Virus record (IMG/VR): IMGVR_UViG_3300045952_000066
Span: 1-57,687 of that record
DNA: 57,687 bases
From: a virus
Lineage: Duplodnaviria > Caudoviricetes
Reading direction: 5' to 3' (one strand)
The notes under the pieces are model-generated. The model searched no databases, had not been told where the DNA came from, and saw nothing but the letters and a program-made list of their open reading frames with translations. Both the position numbers and the translations under genes were made by a program. Shown piece by piece: positions 41,540 through 51,604 of this stretch (position 1 is the stretch's first letter; each line of letters opens with the position of its first letter).

Positions 41540-44500
41540 TCACGCCATCACCGTGGAAGGCTCCAGCAACGCGCCCGTCTGCGCCGCCCTGCCTTGTCCT
41601 GACCGCGCCGCCGTCGTGTTCGCGGCGCCGACTGCGCCGGGATTGTTGCCCAGCACCTGGACGACCTGACCGCTGAACAGGCTGGTCGCCTGTTGCGGAT
41701 TGAGTTGGAGGAACATCGGGTTCGGCCCCTGGAGCGCGTTCGCCACCTGAGTCGTCGTCGTGCCGACGTAGGGATTCGCGACCATGCGCCCGTTGCTGTA
41801 GACCGGCTGAAGCTGAAGCCCTCCCGCCGCGCTCTGCGCGAACGTCGCGCCGTACATCTGGCGCGGCATCCCGCCCACTCCCTGATTGGTGTTCAGCGCA
41901 TAGAGGCGCACCATCTCCTGCACCTCAGGCGAGAACACCGCCATGCGGAGGTCGCCGCCGAACCGCTGGTCCGCGATCTGGACGACCTGTTCGCGGATCG
42001 ATCTATCCACGATATCGACGCCGTAGGCGTTGCGGATAAGGCGCCTGACCTGTTCCTCCTTGGGCTTCCGGAAGTGCCGCACAAGAGTGGCGATGCCGCC
42101 CGCCGCCGCGCCCGCGATCAAGCCGACTCCCGCGCCGATCAGGGCGCCCATCGGCCCGAACATGGCGCCGATCATAAAGCCGATCCCAGCCCCGGCGAGA
42201 GCGCCGCCGCCGATGCTCATCGCCGCGCCCGTGACACCGCCACGCTTGTAGCCAGCCGCAAACAGGCCCAGACCGGCTCCAGCCACAGCGCCAGCCACCG
42301 GGTGGCCGACCATCTTGCCCAGCCCGTACCCGGCGAGGGCGCCACCGGCAATGCCCATCAGACCGGCTCTGACGCCTCGCTTGCTACTGAGGGCGCCCGC
42401 CATGAACATCGGCGTGCCGACCGCCGCCGCCATCGCGCCCATGCCGGGACTGTTCAGCATGGCGCCCAGCTTCTGCCGCCCGGTCAACTGCGCCCACGGC
42501 TTGGTCGAGATCGCGCCAGTCACCGGATCGCGGACCTGGACCGGCTTGCCGATATTCAACGACTCGCGCATGGCCTGGACGCTCTGCGACCACTGGCCGC
42601 GCACGCCGCCGCCGCCGGTCGCGCCGGTCGCGCCGACGCCCGCAACGTCTGCGGCGGAACCGCTCCTCGCGGACCACGCCTCACGCGCCGCGTCGGTGAC
42701 GATGGCGTCGACATCGCGCCCGACGACCTCGCGGTTTCGCGATTCCTGGGTCGCGTAGGTGACATCGGTCTGGGCCGATCCGTAGATGGTCGGCGCCGTC
42801 TGCCCCATGCCGGGGAACCACGGGCCGCGCCACGGGCCGCGCGGGAACTGCGTCTTGAAGCCGCCGAAGATTCCGGCGAGTTGCGCCGTCATCGAGTTGG
42901 TCACGATGGTCTTCATCACGCCCAGCATCGTGTTCTTCATCAGGTTGCCGAGGCTCTGCCAGACGCTCCGCGACCTGTCGAGCAAGGCGTCCCACATGTC
43001 TCCGATGAAGCCCTTGATCTCCCCGAACATCTCCTCCTGTTGCTGGATGATCACGTCGTTGGTCTGCGACCAGCCCTGCAATCGCGCGACCTGGAGCGCG
43101 GTGTCGGCGTCGAGCCAGATGCCCTCGATTCGTTCCGTGGTCCGCTTCGTCTCCTCGATGATGCTGGCTTCCGACGTTGCGTTGTTGTTGCGGAACACGC
43201 GCAGGCGTTCGTTCTCTGCCGCGATCTGCGCGTCCCTCGTCTTCTCGATGCGGACGCGCTCCACGTCGGTGATGTCGGCAATGTTCTGCATCCGCTCCTG
43301 CGGCGTGCGCGGGCGCCGCGCGTAGAGATAGCCGCCCTCAAGCGTGGCCGTCCGGTTGATCCGCAGAAGCTCCATCTGGATGGACTCCTCCATCAGTTGC
43401 TTCCGCTCCTCCAGAATGATCCCGTTGGTTTCGCGTTCGCCCTCGACGCGGATGCGCTTCTCCTCGTTCTTCCGGAACTCCGCGAGTTTCAGGATGTCGG
43501 CGTTCGCGGCGTCCGCGTATCTCTGCTGCTCCTGGCGGATCTGCTCTTCGGACTTCCGCGCCTTCCGGCCCGCTTCCCTGATGCCCTTGAGTTGGAGATC
43601 CCCGACGCGCTTGATCTCTTCTTCCTTCGCGGCGACGTTGGTCCGCATCTCCTCGACGTTGGCTTCGGTTCGGAGCCTCACCAGTTCGCGTTGACCGGCG
43701 AAGGTGTGATCGCGCAACTTCTCCATTTCGGCAATCGCGGTTTGCCGTTGCGCCTTGGCGATATCCTCGTTGAGCTTGGCCTGCTCCCGGCGCGACTCCT
43801 CCTCGCGTTTCGTCACCTCCGTATTGACATCCAGCCAGAGGGCCTTGCGGTAGATCGCGATGGCCTGATCGTTGCCCTTGACCTTGCGGAAGTACTGCTC
43901 GTAATCGCTGGTCAACGCGGATATCGTCTCCTGGCCCGCTTTCCGGTTGCGGACTTGCGCCTCTTCCAAGACGGTCATCGCCTGCTCGACTTGCCGCTTC
44001 ATCTCCTCGACATCGACCTTCGGCAGGCCCGCTTTCAGCCGCGCGATCTCCTCCGGTGTCGCGGGACCATAGCCCGCCCCGGCGGCTTTCTGCTGCGCTT
44101 CGGCTTTGGCCCTGCTGCTCGACAGGTATTGGAGAACGGCGCCGCCCAGCAATCCGACGACGATGGCGATGAGGCCGACCGGCCCGCCGACCAGCCCCAG
44201 CAATCCGGCCAGCGCGGCGCGGACGCCGGTCGCCGCGACCACTTCGGTCGCCACGCCGGTCGCCGCTCCAGCCGCCGCCGCCGCGCCTGCTCCCGCCACG
44301 GCGCCCCCGGCTTTGCCCAGAGCCGTCTGCGCGACCTTCTGCGCCGCTACCGTCGCCGCTGCATTCGCCGCCGCTTCCGTCGCGATCTTGGCCGCTTCCT
44401 TCGCCGCCGCATTTGCAGCCGCCCTGCGGGCCATCGCGCCTGCCAGAGCCTCGCCTGCAAGCCCGCCCGCGACCGATGTCGCCACTTCCTTTGCGACCGC

Positions 44501-45721
44501 TTTGGCGGTTTCCTTTGCCGCCGCTTTCGCCGCCGTCGCCGCCGCCGCTCTCGCCGCCGCTTCGGTGGCCGCTTTGGTCGCCGTCTCTACCGCCGCCTCT
44601 GCGCTCCGTCTCGCGACCGCCGACGTAGCAGCCGCCGCCGCGCCGCCGAGGCCCAGCGTGCCACGGGCGCCCGCCGCCGCCGCTCCTGCCCCTGCCGCCG
44701 CCGCGCCTGCGCCCGCGCCTTTCAGGAGTCCGCCGATGCTCCTCCAGGCGCCGAAGCCGGTCGTCACGACGGAGATCGCCAGACCCAGCGCGATGATCGC
44801 GCCGGTAAGCCCGCCGATCAGAACGGTGATGTCTTTGATCGGCCCCGGCAGTCGGTCGAAGATGTCGAGAAGCCTCCCGAACATGTTGACCAGACTCGAC
44901 GCGAAGTCGAGGAGCTTGATGAACGACGGCCCCAGCTTCTTGTCGAGGTCGGCGGCGGTATTGATCACCTGATTCTGGAGCCGGTTCGACGCCGCTTCGA
45001 CGGACACCAGCGCGTCCTTCGCCGCCGCGCCGTTGGTCTTCACCGAGAGCATCGCCAGCGCGTACCGGACGAACGCTTCAGGGTCCATCTGCCGCGCCGA
45101 CGATTTCAGTTCGGCCAGCGTCTTGCCGAGGCCCTCCGCTGCTTCCTGCGGGAGGTTCATCTTCACGCTGGCGAAGATCGCCTGGATGCTCTTGGCGGTA
45201 GGGTTGAACGATGCGCCGACCTTGGACAGGGCTTCGGTGAAAGCTTCCATGCTATCGACGCCTTTGATGCCGTATGCGGCGGTGATGTCGAGGACGTACT
45301 GCATGTTCTTGGCGAGATCCTTCGCCGGGATGCCCGCCGCTTGCATCGAGAACGACATTCTGGCGAGTTGGTCTTGGAGCACACCGGCCCGCTCCGCTAG
45401 GGCCTTCAACTCCTCCAACTGATCGCTCAATCCGGCGCGGGAGAACTGGCGCACGATCCGGTTCCACTCCTCGCCCATGCCGATCAGTTGCTGGAAGCCT
45501 CGCGCGACTCCCAGCGCGGCGACGGCGCGGGCCAGCTTCGCCATCTCGTCGGCGGTGTCATGCACCGACACGTTGACCGACTGCATCCCCTTCGCGGCCT
45601 GCTTGGTGGCCTTCTCAGAGGTCGAGCCTACGTTCGCGAGTTTTTGGTTGAGAGCATCGATGTCCCGGCCCGCTTCCTCTCCCTGGAATTGGACCTGGAT
45701 GTAAATGCGATTCGTCGCCAT
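41540..45721 (-). CDS. Tape measure protein
   Basis: 1393 aa, helical and Ala-rich, Gly-zipper segments; follows the chaperones. Confidence 0.9.
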   Translation of the reverse strand: MATNRIYIQVQFQGEEAGRDIDALNQKLANVGSTSEKATKQAAKGMQSVNVSVHDTADEMAKLARAVAALGVARGFQQLIGMGEEWNRIVRQFSRAGLSDQLEELKALAERAGVLQDQLARMSFSMQAAGIPAKDLAKNMQYVLDITAAYGIKGVDSMEAFTEALSKVGASFNPTAKSIQAIFASVKMNLPQEAAEGLGKTLAELKSSARQMDPEAFVRYALAMLSVKTNGAAAKDALVSVEAASNRLQNQVINTAADLDKKLGPSFIKLLDFASSLVNMFGRLLDIFDRLPGPIKDITVLIGGLTGAIIALGLAISVVTTGFGAWRSIGGLLKGAGAGAAAAGAGAAAAGARGTLGLGGAAAAATSAVARRSAEAAVETATKAATEAAARAAAATAAKAAAKETAKAVAKEVATSVAGGLAGEALAGAMARRAAANAAAKEAAKIATEAAANAAATVAAQKVAQTALGKAGGAVAGAGAAAAAGAATGVATEVVAATGVRAALAGLLGLVGGPVGLIAIVVGLLGGAVLQYLSSSRAKAEAQQKAAGAGYGPATPEEIARLKAGLPKVDVEEMKRQVEQAMTVLEEAQVRNRKAGQETISALTSDYEQYFRKVKGNDQAIAIYRKALWLDVNTEVTKREEESRREQAKLNEDIAKAQRQTAIAEMEKLRDHTFAGQRELVRLRTEANVEEMRTNVAAKEEEIKRVGDLQLKGIREAGRKARKSEEQIRQEQQRYADAANADILKLAEFRKNEEKRIRVEGERETNGIILEERKQLMEESIQMELLRINRTATLEGGYLYARRPRTPQERMQNIADITDVERVRIEKTRDAQIAAENERLRVFRNNNATSEASIIEETKRTTERIEGIWLDADTALQVARLQGWSQTNDVIIQQQEEMFGEIKGFIGDMWDALLDRSRSVWQSLGNLMKNTMLGVMKTIVTNSMTAQLAGIFGGFKTQFPRGPWRGPWFPGMGQTAPTIYGSAQTDVTYATQESRNREVVGRDVDAIVTDAAREAWSARSGSAADVAGVGATGATGGGGVRGQWSQSVQAMRESLNIGKPVQVRDPVTGAISTKPWAQLTGRQKLGAMLNSPGMGAMAAAVGTPMFMAGALSSKRGVRAGLMGIAGGALAGYGLGKMVGHPVAGAVAGAGLGLFAAGYKRGGVTGAAMSIGGGALAGAGIGFMIGAMFGPMGALIGAGVGLIAGAAAGGIATLVRHFRKPKEEQVRRLIRNAYGVDIVDRSIREQVVQIADQRFGGDLRMAVFSPEVQEMVRLYALNTNQGVGGMPRQMYGATFAQSAAGGLQLQPVYSNGRMVANPYVGTTTTQVANALQGPNPMFLQLNPQQATSLFSGQVVQVLGNNPGAVGAANTTAARSGQGRAAQTGALLEPSTVMA

Positions 45722-46095
45722 TATCGGCCCCGATGCTGCGACTGCTTACGGACTTCTTCGGCCTGGAAGGCTTCCCGCTCTTCAGCCAATTGGCGCAGGA
45801 GCAGGAAGGCGTGGTACGGAATCTGATTGAGCGTCACGGCTACTCCCGTCTGCATCGCGAAGTCGAGGTCGATCACCGATTGCAGGAGCAAGCCCCCAGG
45901 AGACTCCAAATAGTTGTGGAGGAGCAGCGAAGGGCAACCCTCGCATGGCAACGCGGAAGGCCCTGCGTCTGGCTCCTCTGTCAGGACGTAGGGGCAATGT
46001 TGCGGCGTCGGGCAGAGGTCTTTCTGCCGTAGCAGCCGGTTGATGATGAATCGGGGCGAAGGACATTCCGGCCATTCCCCGCCGGTTAAAAATTT
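45721..46095 (-). CDS. Frameshifted (GT-type) extension of the tail assembly chaperone
   Basis: The -1 frame is open from the slippery site to 45721. Confidence 0.8.
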   Translation of the reverse strand, partial: KFLTGGEWPECPSPRFIINRLLRQKDLCPTPQHCPYVLTEEPDAGPSALPCEGCPSLLLHNYLESPGGLLLQSVIDLDFAMQTGVAVTLNQIPYHAFLLLRQLAEEREAFQAEEVRKQSQHRGR

Positions 46096-46700
46096 GTGTC
46101 ATCCCTCTTCGGCCCCAAGTTCTGGTCGATCACGTCCACCACTGACCGCGCGACGGCGTCCTTATGCACGCCGGGAATCCCGTTCGCGTAGTCGGACGAT
46201 CTACCGCCGCACTGGTCGTAGAGCCGCGCCCCGGCGTCGGGCGCGACCCTCAGTTCTTGCTGGTTGAAGGGCAGATCGAGCAGCCGGAAACCGGCGCGTC
46301 GGAACGAGAGCACCTGATCGGCGGTCGGGATCTTCATGCGGTGGCGCACGCTCCCGACGACCGTCATCATCTCGACTTCGGCTTCCTCTCCTTCGATCTG
46401 CACGTTGAACACGTCGGCGGTCGAGATGGTCGTCAGCACTTGCGCGGCTTCGGCTGGCGTCATCTCCGGAGCGCCGTTGAGAGCGATGGCCTTGTACAGC
46501 TTCACGTCGGCCTCGCCCGGTTCGGGCGGAACAGTCTCTGAGACGCCGCGCCCCAGCCGCCGGATGATGATCTTGCGCGACCGGGCGCGGGCGCTCCATT
46601 CCTCGTCGGTCGGGAAGCGCACCGCGATGGTCTGCGGCGCTCCTCCCGTCGAGGCGACTTGCGCCGGGAATGCGTATTCTGCTTGGCTATCGAATTTCAT
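46086..46700 (-). CDS. Tail assembly chaperone (G-type)
   Basis: Position; ends A AAT TTT TAA. Confidence 0.8.
   Translation of the reverse strand: MKFDSQAEYAFPAQVASTGGAPQTIAVRFPTDEEWSARARSRKIIIRRLGRGVSETVPPEPGEADVKLYKAIALNGAPEMTPAEAAQVLTTISTADVFNVQIEGEEAEVEMMTVVGSVRHRMKIPTADQVLSFRRAGFRLLDLPFNQQELRVAPDAGARLYDQCGGRSSDYANGIPGVHKDAVARSVVDVIDQNLGPKRDDTNF
46089..46095 (-). other. -1 programmed frameshift heptamer AAATTTT
   Basis: X XXY YYZ in the correct phase. Confidence 0.8.
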
Positions 46701-46850
46701 CTAGACCCTCGTCGTGACCAGCCACGCCAGCGTGAGCAACGCCAGCCCAGCGGCCACCCAATTGATCGACCTGTTTGCGGGCCACTGCGCGTTGACCGTT
46801 CCGATCAGGAACATCAACAGGCCCAGGATCACCAGGACGCTTACGAGCAT
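46701..46850 (-). CDS. Small two-TM membrane protein (holin candidate)
   Basis: MLVSVLVILGLLMFLIG..INWVAAGLALLTLAWLV; AGGAGG RBS. Confidence 0.7.
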   Translation of the reverse strand: MLVSVLVILGLLMFLIGTVNAQWPANRSINWVAAGLALLTLAWLVTTRV

Positions 46851-46862
46851 GACCTCCTCCTT

Positions 46863-48005
46863 TTAGGTGAGTCCGAGAATTCCGGACTTCTCCGTGGTCG
46901 CGGAGAGCGTCACGTAGTCGCCGGTCGGCGGCTTGAGGGGAGTCACGACGCAATCCACGGTGACGATGCCATCGGATTCGCCGTTGACGACGGCGGTAAA
47001 GACGGCGCGAGGGAAGTTGACGCTGAAGCCGTGCTTGGCGGGACCGGCGCCGATGGTCGCGCCGGTCGTGCTGATGGTGACCGACCCTTCGTTCCCCGGC
47101 GCGGGCGTCATCAGCAGAGCGTATTCGGGAGAGCCTTTCAGAGCGCGGGCGACGAAGCGCAACGACACCTCGCGGGAGCCGTACTCCATGCGCCCTCTGA
47201 TCGCGTATCCGTTCTGCGTTCCGGAGCCGGGATAGAGTCCGGACGGCAGGCGCACGTTGTTCGCCCAGCGAAGCTCCGCAGAGATGAACGACGCCGACAT
47301 CACGTAGTCGATCCCCAGGATGCTGATGGTCGCGCTGGCCGCATTGAGGAAGTGTTCCGGCTCGATGGCGGGCCACGGTGTGATGCCGGATGGCGCGAGG
47401 GTCTTGCCGGTGCCGACCGTGTTCACGCTGACTCTGCAATTTGCGCGGCCAGGTCCCGACTCCATCGTCAGCGTCCAGTCGTTGACGACCATGCCGACCA
47501 TCGCGCGGTCCACGACCGAATCCGGTTGCGGTCTGATCTGTTCGGCATACGTGAACGCCGGAAGGTTGAGACAGTTCACGACGGGATCGGACGGCACTGC
47601 GGTGTAGGTATTGCTGGCCTTGGTCGCCTTGCCGGTCGTGAAGCAGAAGAGCCATGCGAGGAATTCCGACGAGCAGAACTTCTCGATGGTGGCGGCGGTG
47701 TCGATGTTCGTCGGGAAGGTCTGCGTCGGGAACTCGTCGCCTTTGCCGATGTCGTCGGCGTCGGTTTCGTTGACCGGCGTCACCACGCCAAGGGCCGGGT
47801 TGGTCTTGGTGAGGGACCACATTTCCGCTGGCGTGTTCGGCGTCGGCAGATCGGCCTGCGCGACGAACCCGAAGGCAATCTTCGTCTCGCGGACGTTGGC
47901 AGGGCAGGAAGTGGGGCCTGCCAGCAGGCCGGGATCTACTGGCGGCGGCGTCACGTCGAGCGGCGCGACGGGCGCATTGTGCGCGGGCGGGCGCGGTGTA
48001 GCCAT
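46863..48005 (-). CDS. Major tail tube protein
   Basis: Position; beta-rich, 380 aa. Confidence 0.7.
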   Translation of the reverse strand: MATPRPPAHNAPVAPLDVTPPPVDPGLLAGPTSCPANVRETKIAFGFVAQADLPTPNTPAEMWSLTKTNPALGVVTPVNETDADDIGKGDEFPTQTFPTNIDTAATIEKFCSSEFLAWLFCFTTGKATKASNTYTAVPSDPVVNCLNLPAFTYAEQIRPQPDSVVDRAMVGMVVNDWTLTMESGPGRANCRVSVNTVGTGKTLAPSGITPWPAIEPEHFLNAASATISILGIDYVMSASFISAELRWANNVRLPSGLYPGSGTQNGYAIRGRMEYGSREVSLRFVARALKGSPEYALLMTPAPGNEGSVTISTTGATIGAGPAKHGFSVNFPRAVFTAVVNGESDGIVTVDCVVTPLKPPTGDYVTLSATTEKSGILGLT

Positions 48006-48006
48006 G

Positions 48007-48465
48007 TTATGCGTCTCCTGTTTCTTTGGTTTCGGTTTGGATCGTCCAGTAATCGATCTGTTCCGGATCGCTCACGCGCGTGAGCAGCATGACGCTGGTG
48101 GGATCGACGCCAGCCATCACCGGGCAGAAGTACCAGCGTTGCCCGTCGCCTGGATCGGGCACGCCGCGCATGATGTCATCGATGATCTTGAAGGTCGTCT
48201 GCCCTTTCTGCGGGCGCACGTAGAACTCGACGCGATGCAGCCAGCGGGCCATCTCGCCTTCGGTCTGAATCGATTCGACGGCGGCGACGACCACGGTTCC
48301 CGGCGCCATCGAGTACTTGGCGGATTCCAGGTTCTGACGAACGGGATTGCTATCGATGTACGCGATGATCGACGCCGGGACCGGCGGCTCGAGGTCCGCG
48401 ACCAGCGGCTGGATGCGCCGCAGAGCGTCCACTATCGCGTTCGTCAGATCCGCCAGACTAACCAT
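48007..48465 (-). CDS. Tail terminator-like protein
   Basis: Position and size. Confidence 0.6.
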   Translation of the reverse strand: MVSLADLTNAIVDALRRIQPLVADLEPPVPASIIAYIDSNPVRQNLESAKYSMAPGTVVVAAVESIQTEGEMARWLHRVEFYVRPQKGQTTFKIIDDIMRGVPDPGDGQRWYFCPVMAGVDPTSVMLLTRVSDPEQIDYWTIQTETKETGDA

Positions 48466-48898
48466 TGACCTGATACCAAGCGTTTTTCGCCAGAGCGCCG
48501 TAAGCGGTCTGCACGTCCCTGTAGAGCGCGGCCTGATCCGATCCGGAGAGGCCGATCATTTCCTCATGCAATTGCGCCTGCCTCGCGTGCTGCCGCGCCT
48601 CGCGCGAGGTGTTCTCCGCTCTGATCACGCCGTTGATGGCCTTCCGCAAGATGAAGTTCTTGAGCATGACGCCGGTCAGATTGTTGTCGCGGTAGGGCCG
48701 ACCGACGTTGCGGACCTTCTTCTTGATGAACACGTACTTCTTGTTGAGCGGCTTGGCCTGTTGCCCGTTCGCGTTGATGTGTTTCTCCCAGCGGGCCTTC
48801 TGCTCCTTGACCATGCGGTTGCCGATCCTGGTCAGCTTCCCGTTGTCGAGGTTCGGCTTCTTGACGTGGCCGGTGCGCGGAACGTTGACCTTGACCAT
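48458..48898 (-). CDS. Neck/tail completion protein
   Basis: Basic; LTGVML..IGLSGSD. Confidence 0.6.
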   Translation of the reverse strand: MVKVNVPRTGHVKKPNLDNGKLTRIGNRMVKEQKARWEKHINANGQQAKPLNKKYVFIKKKVRNVGRPYRDNNLTGVMLKNFILRKAINGVIRAENTSREARQHARQAQLHEEMIGLSGSDQAALYRDVQTAYGALAKNAWYQVNG

Positions 48899-49377
48899 CA
48901 GGCCCCTCCTGACGGGTTTTGCAGCACGACGTTGGACGCGCCGTACTTGTAGGCGTCGACGCGCACGACCTCGTAGATTGAGCCGTTCGACGCCACCGTG
49001 TCGCCCACTGCGGGCGGCGCCGGGAGATGCCGGTTGAGCACCTGGATATGCGAGTAGCGCCCCGGCGAGACATCCTCGTCTTCGGCGCCCTCCTTCCACA
49101 TGACGCTGATCGGCCATGCGTCGTCGGGATTGCCCGCGATGCGGTACTCGACATCGCGCCGGAACTCCGTCATCAGGGCTTCCCAGAGCATCGGAACGTG
49201 GACGGACGTGAAGCGGTCGACGCCCGAATCGAGGTCACCCGCCGCGCGAATTCCGGCCCTTGGCGACAAGCCGGAAAACGCGCTGGGTCGGGGATTGCCT
49301 GCGCGTCCCGCCGTGTTAGCGCGCGCCGACAAATGCGAGAAAGGCCCGATGAACGGGTTGGTGTAGCCCTTCGCCAC
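48898..49377 (-). CDS. Head-tail joining (FII-like) protein
   Basis: PAVGDTV..GSIYEVVRVD. Confidence 0.65.
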   Translation of the reverse strand: MAKGYTNPFIGPFSHLSARANTAGRAGNPRPSAFSGLSPRAGIRAAGDLDSGVDRFTSVHVPMLWEALMTEFRRDVEYRIAGNPDDAWPISVMWKEGAEDEDVSPGRYSHIQVLNRHLPAPPAVGDTVASNGSIYEVVRVDAYKYGASNVVLQNPSGGA

Positions 49378-50393
49378 TAGATCACCTTGGCTTTGAACGA
49401 AGCGTTGGGCCTGTACGGGACCAGGAGCGGCGCCGACTGCAACAGAATGAAGCGCACGCTGGGGTCAGGCTCCACCCACGACTTGACGTAATACGGCACG
49501 GCCTGGAGTCCCGCCTCTTCGTCGCGGATGGCGCCGTAGGCGCGGACGCCGTCGAGTTGCTGAGACGCCATGATCACCGAATCGATGGGGAGGATCGGCT
49601 TCTCAGTGCTATCGGCGGGATCGACGTACCACGACGCATAGACGTAGATGTCGAAGCCGTCGATGTTCCCGATGAAGGTCCCGCCCTCCGTCGAGCCAGC
49701 CGCGTTGAGCGAGAGCGTGGTGCTCGTCCCGCGCCGGATGTCGAGCCGCTCTTTGACATCGGCGTGATTGCGGAAGACCTTCCAGACGGCCAGCGGCATG
49801 ATCACGTCGGTCATGTAAATGCCGGTCGATTGCAGCCCGATCTGCGCCCAGTCCTGTAGATCGTCCAGCGGATGCGATCCGGCGGCGCTCCAGAGCGTGG
49901 CGGCGGTGATGGTGTTTCCGGGGGCGCGTTGAAAGTCCACGATGGCCTGCGGGTACTTGTCGCCCACGATGGTCACCTTGCCGGTCGAGAGGATCTCGCC
50001 CGCCATGACCTCCTGGCGCCGTTGCAGCATGTTGACTTGGTCTTCCATGTCCATCGCGATCAGAGCGCGTTGCCGGTCCATCGGACTCATCGTGCCGCCC
50101 CAGTTCTCGCCTGCCGACCGCTTGAACGGGCGCAGCATGTCGAAGACTCTCTTGTCCTTGACATAAGCTGGCCGGAAGCTTCCCGTCCGGTATCCCGGCG
50201 AGGCCACGATCTGGCCTTCCACCAGGAACGAGACGAACGGCGAGATGCGCCGTGTGCCATCGACCACGTCGAAGTGGATCTCCTCGCTCTGTTCGCTTTG
50301 CACGGTCTGGAAGTAGCGTTCGAGCAGAAACTGTGTGCTTCCCTTCAGGCTCGTCACCACGCGATTGAGCGTGCCTGTGCTCCAGAGGTCCAT
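49377..50393 (-). CDS. Major capsid protein, lambda gpE family
   Basis: RISPFVS..FRPAYVKDK..YGAIRD..QSAPLLVP. Confidence 0.95.
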   Translation of the reverse strand: MDLWSTGTLNRVVTSLKGSTQFLLERYFQTVQSEQSEEIHFDVVDGTRRISPFVSFLVEGQIVASPGYRTGSFRPAYVKDKRVFDMLRPFKRSAGENWGGTMSPMDRQRALIAMDMEDQVNMLQRRQEVMAGEILSTGKVTIVGDKYPQAIVDFQRAPGNTITAATLWSAAGSHPLDDLQDWAQIGLQSTGIYMTDVIMPLAVWKVFRNHADVKERLDIRRGTSTTLSLNAAGSTEGGTFIGNIDGFDIYVYASWYVDPADSTEKPILPIDSVIMASQQLDGVRAYGAIRDEEAGLQAVPYYVKSWVEPDPSVRFILLQSAPLLVPYRPNASFKAKVI

Positions 50394-50434
50394 GTGACTC
50401 TCCTACGCGGCGGGAGTTAGAGGTGAAGGGTCAT

Positions 50435-50474
50435 GCCGCCTGACCGGGTCGTCGCCAGACGCCGGTCAGACGGC
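50435..50474 (-). promoter_or_regulatory. 13-bp stem-loop upstream of the capsid gene
   Basis: GCCGTCTGACCGG/CCGGTCAGGCGGC; no U-tract. Confidence 0.6.
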
Positions 50475-50488
50475 GCTACTCGATGCGA

Positions 50489-51181
50489 TTACTTGCGATG
50501 CGGTTCGGGCGGCTTCGGAGGCGGCGGCTTGGGAACGTCCGTCCGCTTCTCCTTCGGCTCCTTCTCTGCTTGCTCCTCCGCGAACTCTTCGGCGGCGATG
50601 CCCAACGCGCTGGTCGCGAGGCCGGGATTGTCGGCCTTCTCGTCCTGCGTCAAATACTGGAACGGCGAATCCGATGGCGGCTGCTTCTCCTCCTCGACGG
50701 CTTCCTCCGTCTCTTTCGCGGCGGCGCGGGCCTTCTTCAGGTTCGCGATGGCTTCCTTCGCTTCGGCCTCTGTCGGGACCGACTTGGCGAGACTGCCGTC
50801 CGCGATGATGACGCTCTCGATGTAGATGCCGACATCGCGCAGGGCTTCGGTGCAGTCGGCGTGCGACAAGGCTCCCGGCCACTGGATGGCGTCGGCCTTC
50901 ATCCTGCCGGTGAGATAGACGCCTGCCTGCACGGTCGCGGTGCTGGCGTCCACGTCATCGACCAGGACGCAGTTGCAGTCGGCGGCGGCGGCGGGCACGG
51001 TGATGACGCCGGTCGCCGCGACGATCTTGAGGATGGCGCCGCGTTTGAGGATGCCGATCCCCGACGCCACGGTGCCCTTGCGCGAGGTCACGTCGTGACC
51101 GTCCGCGAGGAGCGGCGACAGGAATACCGGCGTCTGAAAGCCGAATGTGGCTTTGCTGATGGGGTCATAGGTAGCGGGCAT
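50489..51181 (-). CDS. Head decoration protein (gpD-like) with C-terminal extension
   Basis: LKRGAIL..VLVDDVDAS..VYLTG..LRDVGIY. Confidence 0.85.
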   Translation of the reverse strand: MPATYDPISKATFGFQTPVFLSPLLADGHDVTSRKGTVASGIGILKRGAILKIVAATGVITVPAAAADCNCVLVDDVDASTATVQAGVYLTGRMKADAIQWPGALSHADCTEALRDVGIYIESVIIADGSLAKSVPTEAEAKEAIANLKKARAAAKETEEAVEEEKQPPSDSPFQYLTQDEKADNPGLATSALGIAAEEFAEEQAEKEPKEKRTDVPKPPPPKPPEPHRK

Positions 51182-51196
51182 GAGTACACTCCTTTC

Positions 51197-51604
51197 TTAC
51201 GCGGCGCTATGGCGCCGATCCTTCGGGACGAACGCCAGGATCTTGGCGGCTTCGCTGGCTTCGGTGTCCGGTTCCTGCTCACCCGTGCCGACCTTCGGGT
51301 TCGCCACCTTCGCCATCTGCGCGGCCAGCGGATCGACCGGCGCGGCGGCGGCGGGCGCGACCGGCGAGGCCGCGAGGATCTTCTTGGCCTCTTCGGGCGA
51401 CATGCTGGTTTCGAGAGCCAGCGTGCGGGCGAGAGCTTCGCGGCCCGTGGCTTCGGGCGCGTTCAGGATGGCCGCGATGCGCTGGCGTTCGGGCGCCCGC
51501 AGATCTTCGGCGTGGATGACGCGGGCGGGCGCAGGCGCCGCAGGAACGGGTTCGGGTGGAGCCACCGGGACCGGAGCCGCCGGGGGCTGGGGATTGTCTG
51601 CCAT
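51197..51604 (-). CDS. Nested scaffolding protein (Nu3-like)
   Basis: In-frame ATG after AAGGAGGA; ERQRIAAIL. Confidence 0.65.
   Translation of the reverse strand: MADNPQPPAAPVPVAPPEPVPAAPAPARVIHAEDLRAPERQRIAAILNAPEATGREALARTLALETSMSPEEAKKILAASPVAPAAAAPVDPLAAQMAKVANPKVGTGEQEPDTEASEAAKILAFVPKDRRHSAA

Noticed and set aside
41693-45400. 1235-aa plus-strand ORF and similar long antisense ORFs (e.g. 34107..35486, 36844..38295, 54992..56368)
   Set aside because: Shadow frames of GC-rich minus-strand genes with no recognisable motifs
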